DNA of 18,760 bases from Candidatus Nanoarchaeia archaeon (GTDB lineage Archaea > Nanobdellota > Nanobdellia > SCGC-AAA011-G17 > VGLX01): the NCBI GenBank assembly GCA_038884815.1, contig JAWABC010000010.1:1-18760 (forward strand), given 5' to 3'. The position numbers and the translations under genes are program-made. Shown here piece after piece: positions 7,636 to 14,563 of this stretch. The notes beneath the pieces are model-generated. The model worked only from the letters and a program-made list of their open reading frames with translations, was not told the origin of the DNA and made no database searches. Each line of letters begins with the position of its first letter. The first letter of the stretch is position 1.

Positions 7636-10600
7636 ATGGGGGCGAAAACTATTTTTTGTATGGTGATCGTTTTAGTAATTACATCATTCTTTGTTAGCGC
7701 ATTAGAGTGTCAAGTTCCTGCAACTGTTAAAGTTCATTTTATGAATGCCAGCGGTGGCAACATGGGACCAAGAGTCTATGTGGGCACAACTCAGTTGCAG
7801 TTTAATGATAGCGAACCAATACCACTTTCTCAAAATGGTCAGTTCGTTGTTGATGCGGGTTACGTTGAGAACGTTCCTGGGATAGCTTTGCAGAGGCAGG
7901 ATGGTGCTTTGAGGTTCCTTCTTTTTGGTGGGAGCAGAACCATTAAGGAAATAGTGGGTGCTGAGATTATTTTGGAAAATGCTAAAATAGTTAATTTCAG
8001 CAACGATAATGGAAGGGCTGTTACTTCTCCTAAACAGCTTAACAAGCTTGAAAACCAAGGTAACGGGAATTACGCATGGGGTGGTAATAATGATGAGGTT
8101 TTTTGGAGTAATGGAAGCAGTAATGCTACTTGGTATAGTGCTGTATATTATGATAATGATGGTTTCTACCTTTACATAGAATGTGACAAGGAAGCTATAG
8201 TTTGCAGTTCCAGTTCTGATTGTGGTGTTGATGGTTATGTTGATGCTCCAGTTTGTTCCGGTGACAACGTAGTTAGGACCTACCAATCTTTTACTTGCAA
8301 CAATCCAGGCACCCCTCAATCAACCTGTTCAGCTAGTAACTCTACTGTTATAGTTGAAACATGCTCTCATGGCTGCTCTAATGGTGCATGCATCCAGCCA
8401 TGTAACCAAAATTCTGATTGTGGTGTTGATGGTTTTGTTTCTGATCCTGTTTGTACTGGTAATAATGTTACTAGGATTTATCAGACTTTTATTTGTAATA
8501 ATCCGGGTACTCAGCAGTCAAGCTGTTCTTCTTCTAACTCAACATTAGTTATTGAAGAATGCTCCTACCAGTGTTCCAACGGTGTGTGTCAGAATTATAC
8601 ACAGTCCCAGATAAGCTGTCAGTATGCTACTTCTGCTAATGCCACCTCAGAGAATGTTGCAGGTTCTTTGGCTGTTTATGCTACCGGCGCTCCTGATGCT
8701 CCTCAAAGTGGTAATTGTAACACGTGGAGTGGTTATGGTTACACTTGGACGCCTTCTAATTGGAATGTGAAGGCTAATTTGACTTTGACTTATGATACGC
8801 TTGTTAATGCCAGCAACATTACAGTTACTGGTGATTATGACATGTGTTGGGATAGTGTTTGGCTTAGGAACAGTAAGACGGGGCAGGAAAAATTGATTTC
8901 AAGTACATACACTACTACTTGTGTCACAACTATAAATCTTGCAGAAGATTTCCAGGCAGATCAAGTTATTTTGGAGACTTGTGGTTGGGCTTGGTGTGCT
9001 ACCGATGCCGTTGAGATGTGCGGCAAGACCACATCAACACCTCCGCCTGTTTGTAGTCAGAATTCTGATTGTGGTGTTGATGGTTTTGTTTCTGATCCTG
9101 TTTGTACTGGTAATAATGTTACTAGGATTTATCAGACTTTTATTTGTAATAATCCGGGTACTCAGCAGTCAAGCTGTTCTTCTTCTAACTCAACATTAGT
9201 TATTGAAGAATGCTCCTACCAATGCTCTAATGGCACTTGTACTTCACCAGCCATATGTAATTCTAACTCCGATTGTGGTGTTGATGGTTTTGTTTCTGAT
9301 CCTTTTTGTTCTGGTAATAATGTAGTTAGGACTTATCAAACCTTTACTTGCAGCAATCCTGGAACTAGTCAGGCTAACTGTTCTGCCTCTAATTCCACGG
9401 TTGTAATCGAACAATGTTTGGATGGATGTTCAAATGGTATGTGCCAAAACCAGACTTATATTTACGTCATCCCTTACATCGGAGATATTGACGGCTTCAA
9501 AAATCCAGAATGGTTCTACTTCTATCACCAGCTAATTGATTTCCATGATGCAAATAAGATTAACATCAGCTTCAGCTTCTTTCCCGGTGCAATGAGTAAT
9601 CATGTAAACTATACTGCAGCTATGAAGAAGATGTACCTAAGCAATTATACTGAGCTTATTCAGAAAGGTTATGACGGTGTTCAGGATTGGAATATAGACC
9701 AGCTTCCTTATGAAGAGCAAAAGGCTTTATTAAAAAAAGGTCAGGATGATTTTAGGGCTAACATGAGTGTTATACTTGGTATACCTGAGAGTGCAGTGGT
9801 TATGCCTATAACAGATGATCAGGAAGGTGCAAAATTCACAGAGGTTACAAGGCAGGCTCTTGAGGATTTGGGCTTCAAATCTTATCTGGATTTCTATCTT
9901 GCTCCTGGATTGCAACCTGTCCAGCCTGCTGACGATTTTGATGTTATGCAGTATGGTGTTAGCTTTACATCAACCGGAGGTTCTGGAAGTGATCTTGACT
10001 TCAGGTCTAAGGCTGAAATAATTAACGATATTAAAACTTACAACAGGACTGATGTACCGATCACATACATAAATGGTCATATGGTTGTCCCTCTCTATGC
10101 CCACCAGCAGGATTTTGAAGGCAGAGTAGTACCAGCGCAATACGATACTGCAAAGTGGAGTATTTACACAGATACTTTACTTACTCTTAAGAATGACCCT
10201 GAGATAAGGCTGGTTACCCCTAAACAGGTTTATGAGCTTAGGCATGGTCCCATACAGCCACCTGTAACCAATTGTAGTTCCAGTTCTGATTGTGGTGTTG
10301 ATGGTTTTGTTTCTGATCCTGTTTGTACTGGTAATAATGTTACTAGGATTTATCAGACTTTTATTTGTAATAATCCGGGTACTCAGCAGTCAAGCTGTTC
10401 TTCTTCTAACTCAACGGTTGTTATTGAGGAATGTTCCTACAGCTGTTCTGGTGGTGTTTGTCAGAATGAGACAAACCAAACGCAGACAACTTTATGTCAG
10501 TATGCTACTTCTGCTAATGCCACCTCAGAGAATGTTGCAGGTTCTTTGGCTGTTTATGCTACCGGTGCTCCTGATGCCCCTAATGGTGGCGATTGCGCTG

Positions 10601-11871
10601 CCTTTAGTGGTTATGGTTATGATTGGTCACCTTCTAATTGGAATGTAAAAGCTACATTGACCTTAACTTATGATTACCCCATTTATGTAAGCAATCTCAC
10701 AGTTGTTGGTGATTATGACATGTGCTGGAGCTCTATCACTTTAAAGAACAGCCAGACAGGAGCAACAAAGAAGGTTAGTAATGAAGTCACATCATGTGTG
10801 GTGAAGTTAAACTTGGCAGAAGATTTCCAGGCAGATCAAGTTATTTTGGAGACTTGTGGTTGGGCTTGGTGTGCTACCGATGCCGTTGAGATGTGCGGCA
10901 GCACAAACCAGACAATAACCCCACCACCTCCGCCACCACCACCCGAAAATTCAACCAACGTGACAGTTTGTAAGTGGAAGAACTGCAGGAAGGGTGCTGT
11001 CTCAGTTTCAGTCGATGATGAGTATAATTCTTGTATGGACAAGCTTGAAGCTAATGGATTTAGAGGGACTTATTTCCTGACGAACACAAAGAATTATAAC
11101 ATCGCTAAGTGGAGCCTGTTCGCTGAAGGCTTCAACAAAGGTCATGAGCTAGGTACGCATATGCAAAATCATCTCTGTTATGAGGTTTCTGATTCTGTAT
11201 TTTATGACAACATAGAGAATAACATAGTGGACATAATAAGTCATACCAATGCTAAGAGGGAGGACATAGTGAGTCATGCGTACCCCTGTGGTGTTGTCGG
11301 CCAGAACTATCCCACCCTACTCATCAACAACTCGAACTTTATCTCTGCTCGTGGTTATTTCTTCAATCAGCTTGAGGATTCTACGCCCAAGCAGTGGTTC
11401 AACTTGAAGAGCTTTAACACACCTCATTACCATGAGCCTTCTTTGGAACCGCCAAACCTGCTAACAGTAATTGATAGTGCAGAGAGCCAGGGTAAGTGGG
11501 CCAACTTGGTTTTCCACAACGAATGCAGTGATGATGGTGCGATTAATTACTTAACATCCAAGAATGTTTGGGTTGACACTATAGGTAATGTTGCTAGGTA
11601 CATAAGGCTGAGGGATGCTTCAGAGGTATACAACTATGCTGAGGTAGATAATGAGATAAGGTTCAATGTTAGGGTTAATGATAATTCGATGAATGCATCT
11701 TATTATAGGCAAAACCTTACTATGTGGGTTCCTGTCGGCTCCAGTCAGGTTAGTCAGGTTAGGGTTAACAATCAAGCAGTGCCATACTCATTTGGCCAAG
11801 GCGAGCCTAACTATGTTGTGTTTGACATTCCTTTCCCGATAGGCGCAGATATTGTAGTGGTGAAGGCTTAA
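7636..11871 (+). CDS. Large secreted modular protein (1411 aa): N-terminal unknown domain, Cys-rich repeats, duplicated discoidin-like modules, degenerate and intact NodB-type polysaccharide deacetylase-like domains
   Basis: GGAGGTG SD upstream. Signal peptide MGAKTIFCMVIVLVITSFFVSA. Five 63-aa repeats with 8 Cys each; two ~135-aa modules of the type ATGAPDAP...W.PSNWNVKA.LTLTY...ATDAVEMCG. C-terminal NodB-like motifs: GAVSVSVDDEYNSCMDKLEANGFRGTYFLT, KGHELGTHMQNH, SHAYPCG, WANLVFHNE. Confidence 0.87.
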   Translation: MGAKTIFCMVIVLVITSFFVSALECQVPATVKVHFMNASGGNMGPRVYVGTTQLQFNDSEPIPLSQNGQFVVDAGYVENVPGIALQRQDGALRFLLFGGSRTIKEIVGAEIILENAKIVNFSNDNGRAVTSPKQLNKLENQGNGNYAWGGNNDEVFWSNGSSNATWYSAVYYDNDGFYLYIECDKEAIVCSSSSDCGVDGYVDAPVCSGDNVVRTYQSFTCNNPGTPQSTCSASNSTVIVETCSHGCSNGACIQPCNQNSDCGVDGFVSDPVCTGNNVTRIYQTFICNNPGTQQSSCSSSNSTLVIEECSYQCSNGVCQNYTQSQISCQYATSANATSENVAGSLAVYATGAPDAPQSGNCNTWSGYGYTWTPSNWNVKANLTLTYDTLVNASNITVTGDYDMCWDSVWLRNSKTGQEKLISSTYTTTCVTTINLAEDFQADQVILETCGWAWCATDAVEMCGKTTSTPPPVCSQNSDCGVDGFVSDPVCTGNNVTRIYQTFICNNPGTQQSSCSSSNSTLVIEECSYQCSNGTCTSPAICNSNSDCGVDGFVSDPFCSGNNVVRTYQTFTCSNPGTSQANCSASNSTVVIEQCLDGCSNGMCQNQTYIYVIPYIGDIDGFKNPEWFYFYHQLIDFHDANKINISFSFFPGAMSNHVNYTAAMKKMYLSNYTELIQKGYDGVQDWNIDQLPYEEQKALLKKGQDDFRANMSVILGIPESAVVMPITDDQEGAKFTEVTRQALEDLGFKSYLDFYLAPGLQPVQPADDFDVMQYGVSFTSTGGSGSDLDFRSKAEIINDIKTYNRTDVPITYINGHMVVPLYAHQQDFEGRVVPAQYDTAKWSIYTDTLLTLKNDPEIRLVTPKQVYELRHGPIQPPVTNCSSSSDCGVDGFVSDPVCTGNNVTRIYQTFICNNPGTQQSSCSSSNSTVVIEECSYSCSGGVCQNETNQTQTTLCQYATSANATSENVAGSLAVYATGAPDAPNGGDCAAFSGYGYDWSPSNWNVKATLTLTYDYPIYVSNLTVVGDYDMCWSSITLKNSQTGATKKVSNEVTSCVVKLNLAEDFQADQVILETCGWAWCATDAVEMCGSTNQTITPPPPPPPPENSTNVTVCKWKNCRKGAVSVSVDDEYNSCMDKLEANGFRGTYFLTNTKNYNIAKWSLFAEGFNKGHELGTHMQNHLCYEVSDSVFYDNIENNIVDIISHTNAKREDIVSHAYPCGVVGQNYPTLLINNSNFISARGYFFNQLEDSTPKQWFNLKSFNTPHYHEPSLEPPNLLTVIDSAESQGKWANLVFHNECSDDGAINYLTSKNVWVDTIGNVARYIRLRDASEVYNYAEVDNEIRFNVRVNDNSMNASYYRQNLTMWVPVGSSQVSQVRVNNQAVPYSFGQGEPNYVVFDIPFPIGADIVVVKA
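8203..8391 (+). repeat. Cys-rich 63-aa repeat A (diverged copy)
   Basis: CSSSSDCGVDGYVDAPVCSGDNVVRTYQSFTCNNPGTPQSTCSASNSTVIVETCSHGCSNGAC; exactly 189 nt. Confidence 0.9.
8401..8589 (+). repeat. Cys-rich 63-aa repeat B
   Basis: CNQNSDCGVDGFVSDPVCTGNNVTRIYQTFICNNPGTQQSSCSSSNSTLVIEECSYQCSNGVC. Nucleotides 8410-8570 are identical to 9061-9221 (161 nt). Confidence 0.93.
8617..9024 (+). repeat. Discoidin/galactose-binding-like module, copy 1
   Basis: CQYATSANATSENVAGSLAVYATGAPDAPQSGNCNTWSGYGYTWTPSNWNVKANLTLTYDTL...NLAEDFQADQVILETCGWAWCATDAVEMCG. Shares exact 71-nt and 85-nt blocks with copy 2. Confidence 0.85.
9052..9240 (+). repeat. Cys-rich 63-aa repeat C
   Basis: CSQNSDCGVDGFVSDPVCTGNNVTRIYQTFICNNPGTQQSSCSSSNSTLVIEECSYQCSNGTC; 161 nt identical to repeat B. 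Confidence 0.93.
9256..9444 (+). repeat. Cys-rich 63-aa repeat D (diverged copy)
   Basis: CNSNSDCGVDGFVSDPFCSGNNVVRTYQTFTCSNPGTSQANCSASNSTVVIEQCLDGCSNGMC; 189 nt. Confidence 0.9.
10273..10461 (+). repeat. Cys-rich 63-aa repeat E
   Basis: CSSSSDCGVDGFVSDPVCTGNNVTRIYQTFICNNPGTQQSSCSSSNSTVVIEECSYSCSGGVC. Nucleotides 10284-10415 (132 nt) are identical to 8412-8543. Confidence 0.93.
10495..10899 (+). repeat. Discoidin/galactose-binding-like module, copy 2
   Basis: CQYATSANATSENVAGSLAVYATGAPDAPNGGDCAAFSGYGYDWSPSNWNVKATLTLTYDYP...NLAEDFQADQVILETCGWAWCATDAVEMCG. 10816-10900 is identical to 8941-9025. Confidence 0.85.
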
Positions 11872-11875
11872 GGAT

Positions 11876-12796
11876 ATGAAAAAGACAACATTGGTTTTTG
11901 GGATATGTTTTGTTTTATTTTTTATATTTCTCATCACCTTTTTTATGATGCAAAACTCTGGCAATTCTGAAGGCTTTCCTTCTAAAAAAGAAGTTGGTTT
12001 AGAATCAGGCGATTGTGTTGTAACGAATATTTGGATAGATAGTTTTTCGAGGCTTGATGTTTTAAAAGATAATAAAATCAAGTACCTTTTTGTTGATGTT
12101 GGTGACACTGGCAAGGATGGCAAGCTTAAAACCTCTGAAGAAGAGTTGATAAATTTTTTGGAGTTAATAAAAAGTTATGAAACTGAGAAGAATCATAATT
12201 TTATTCTCCTTCCTTACAGCGAGATTATAACCGATAATTATGATATAACTTCCGAAACTTTCAAGCAGAATTTTATTGACGATTATGTTCATTTGTATGA
12301 TATGGGATTTGATGGTTTGCTTGTTGATATAGAGAAAATAGATCCGGATATGAAAGATGATTATCTTGATTTATTGAATAGGTTAAAGTTAAAACTAGGT
12401 GATGATGCAATCATTGCTGTTTACGCTGGTGCCTTATCAAATTCTGATAACCCTTGGGAATGGAATCATGATTTTTATCAATCGGTTTCTGAGCGTGTTG
12501 ACTTAATTTCTGCACCCCTTTATGATTCCGATATGACTGATAACGAATCTTATAAGGCGTATGTTAAGGGTCAAGTAACTTCCATATCTTCTGCTGGCTT
12601 CAATTCAAAATTTTTATTTGCCATCCCTACACACAAAGAACCTCCTGAAACTATTGATAATGCACTTGCTGCTTACAACGATGTTTTGCATGATAATAAA
12701 AATTTCATCGGATTATGCATTTTTGCCGAGTGGACTACCGATACTAATGAGTGGTCTGTTTTTGAAAAATATGTGGATAAACAGTTTATATATTGA
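11876..12796 (+). CDS. Signal-anchored GH18-like / TIM-barrel glycoside hydrolase-like protein (306 aa)
   Basis: N-terminal hydrophobic segment KKTTLVFGICFVLFFIFLITFFMMQ. Core YDMGFDGLLVDIEKI resembles the GH18 DGxxxDxE signature; late-strand motifs DLISAPLYD and FAEWTTD. Starts 4 nt after the upstream stop. Confidence 0.68.
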   Translation: MKKTTLVFGICFVLFFIFLITFFMMQNSGNSEGFPSKKEVGLESGDCVVTNIWIDSFSRLDVLKDNKIKYLFVDVGDTGKDGKLKTSEEELINFLELIKSYETEKNHNFILLPYSEIITDNYDITSETFKQNFIDDYVHLYDMGFDGLLVDIEKIDPDMKDDYLDLLNRLKLKLGDDAIIAVYAGALSNSDNPWEWNHDFYQSVSERVDLISAPLYDSDMTDNESYKAYVKGQVTSISSAGFNSKFLFAIPTHKEPPETIDNALAAYNDVLHDNKNFIGLCIFAEWTTDTNEWSVFEKYVDKQFIY

Positions 12797-12839
12797 ATAA
12801 TAAAAATATTAAAAAAGCTTTGCAGTTAGCGGTATTAAG

Positions 12840-14051
12840 ATGAAAGGTCCATTTTCAATCTGGGGTTTTTTCGGTTTGACCATATGGATAGATACTTTTA
12901 CGCACGCACTTTACGAAGTCAAAGGTGATAAGCAAAAGAAGATTGATCCATACAACCCTGTTAGAGAAGTTTCTGTAATAATCCCTGCCCATAAGGAGGG
13001 AAAGCACATAGAGAAAACAATAAGAGCTTTATACAATGAAAGGTATCCTTTAAAGAACATAATAGTTTGTTCTGATAAGGAGTCTACTTTCACAAAAGAA
13101 GTTGTTGAATCCTTACTTACAGAGTACGATACTCTTTATTATCTTGAGTGCCCTCATGTTTCAAAATCTAAGAAGATAAACTATGCTGTCAAGGTGCTTG
13201 GCGATGTTTTGGGTGAGTTTGTTTACGTTCGTGACTCTAAAGTTACTGGCAACTATGACTGCATAGAACGCATGATACCTTATTTTACAGACGAAAAGGT
13301 GGCTGCTGTGACTTCTTATGGTCGCTTGAGCGTTCCTAAAAACTTCCTTTCGAGGTCTTATTATTATGGAAAGTCATGGATTAATGAGATTGGTAGGTTT
13401 AGGAAGAATGCGCAAGTGAAGAGGCAAGCCCTTTTTGTTGTTTGTGGTGCTTCCACCATGTATAGGAGAGACGTTTTGAAGAAGATACCCATCCCTTATG
13501 GAACTAAGACTGAGGATACTCATTACACTTGGAAGCTTCAGATGAACGGCTACAGGGTTAATGTTGCTGATGATGCTGTTGCATCCGCTCCTGAGCTTGA
13601 CGGTGAGGGTTTGAACGGTATTAAGAATCAGATTAAGCAGTCTTACCGCTGGAGTGCTGGCACTGTGCAATGCATCTATCGTGAGGGAAGAAAGCTTCCT
13701 AAGAATAAGAGGCTGTTTTACACAACTATACTGCCTGGTTTTTTAGAAGCCTTGTCTTACTCAACCCCTTTAATTTTGCTTCCGATGCTTTTGATTTTTT
13801 ATCCTTTTTACGCAGGTGCTTTCTTGGTTGGTGACACCGTTTTTTCTTTGGCAGGTACTGTTGTTTTGATGCCTAAGAAGTTTTGGAAAACATTGCTTCA
13901 TTACCCTCAGATATTTTTCTTTAAGTACCTTAACGCAGCCATATTCCTTTATGCCTTTGTCAAGGTTACTGCTGAAGCTGTTGCAGGTAAGACTCGCAAC
14001 TGGCATAATGAGTGGACCCCTTTGCAGACCGATTACGTTTTGGCTAAATAA
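12840..14051 (+). CDS. Processive family-2 glycosyltransferase (chitin/hyaluronan/PNAG synthase-like), membrane protein
   Basis: VSVIIPAHKEGKHIEKTIRAL, SKSKKINYAVKVL, ALFVVCGASTMYRRDVL, KTEDTHYTWKLQMNGYRV, and QIKQSYRW (QxxRW), followed by several hydrophobic segments at the C-terminus. Confidence 0.9.
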   Translation: MKGPFSIWGFFGLTIWIDTFTHALYEVKGDKQKKIDPYNPVREVSVIIPAHKEGKHIEKTIRALYNERYPLKNIIVCSDKESTFTKEVVESLLTEYDTLYYLECPHVSKSKKINYAVKVLGDVLGEFVYVRDSKVTGNYDCIERMIPYFTDEKVAAVTSYGRLSVPKNFLSRSYYYGKSWINEIGRFRKNAQVKRQALFVVCGASTMYRRDVLKKIPIPYGTKTEDTHYTWKLQMNGYRVNVADDAVASAPELDGEGLNGIKNQIKQSYRWSAGTVQCIYREGRKLPKNKRLFYTTILPGFLEALSYSTPLILLPMLLIFYPFYAGAFLVGDTVFSLAGTVVLMPKKFWKTLLHYPQIFFFKYLNAAIFLYAFVKVTAEAVAGKTRNWHNEWTPLQTDYVLAK

Positions 14052-14151
14052 TAAGAAAAAAATAAGGAGTTACTTTATTGCATAAAATCATAATATAACT
14101 CCAAAATATATATTCCAGCCAATAGACGTTCCGTCACTCACACACAAATTA

Positions 14152-14159
14152 TTTATAAG
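14152..14159 (+). promoter_or_regulatory. Probable archaeal TATA box upstream of the radA operon
   Basis: TTTATAAG in an intergenic gap, followed about 60 nt later by SD GGGAGG and a start codon. Confidence 0.55.
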
Positions 14160-14217
14160 CAATACAACATACTAACGTATTACCTCATGAAATAGAATCC
14201 GAAAAGGGAGGTAAAAG

Positions 14218-14316
14218 ATGATATTCTCTTTTCCTAACTTTTCTGAAAAAAAATGCGAAAGCAAGGAGGTAAAGAAAAATGGGGGACAGACCTGTGCAAA
14301 AATGGAGGATAGGTAA
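14218..14316 (+). CDS. Possible small leader ORF (32 aa, MIFSFPNFSEKKCESKEVKKNGGQTCAKMEDR)
   Basis: ATG 14218 preceded by GGGAGG (14206-14211 region). The ORF contains the SD of the next gene and overlaps it out of frame. Absent from the supplied ORF track because of size. Confidence 0.35.
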   Translation: MIFSFPNFSEKKCESKEVKKNGGQTCAKMEDR

Positions 14317-14554
14317 CATGGAGGCTGCTCTGTGGGAAAATAAAAAAAGCATGAACGGCGCCGAAGTTACTTATTGGACTGTGTCCTTAAGCAGGGGCTA
14401 TAAAAAGAAGGATGAAGGTGTTTGGCGTAGTGAGGTTATAAATAACTTGAGGAGGAATGACATCCCAAAGTTGATTGCCATACTTGAGAAGGTTCAGGAC
14501 CACTTGTTTTTTGAGGTGCCAAAGTCTGAGCGAGAGGAAGAGGATGAGGAATGA
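14279..14554 (+). CDS. Small conserved-looking hypothetical protein upstream of radA
   Basis: 91 aa. AALWENKKSMNGAEVTYWTVSLSRGYKKKDEGVWRSEVINNLRRNDIPKLIAILEKVQDHLF. AAGGAGG lies upstream of ATG 14279; a second SD (GGAGGAT) precedes ATG 14318. Confidence 0.7.
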   Translation: MGDRPVQKWRIGNMEAALWENKKSMNGAEVTYWTVSLSRGYKKKDEGVWRSEVINNLRRNDIPKLIAILEKVQDHLFFEVPKSEREEEDEE

Positions 14555-14563
14555 GGTGGTAGC

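Noticed and set aside
7702-8319. Minus-strand 205-aa ORF
   Set aside because: Entirely antisense to the 1411-aa protein N-terminus; no recognisable motif.
8401-10461. Possible CRISPR-like or mobile repeat array
   Set aside because: Repeats are 132-161 nt, in-frame and wholly inside a CDS, without regular spacers or cas genes. They are protein-domain duplications.
8354-10648. Recurring hydrophobic plus-strand ORFs containing VVLMVLFLILFVLVIMLLGFIRLLFVIIRVLSSQAV (8354..8548, 8939..9199, 10292..10648)
   Set aside because: They look like a repeated transmembrane protein but are alternative-frame readings of the same Cys-repeat nucleotides in the main ORF.
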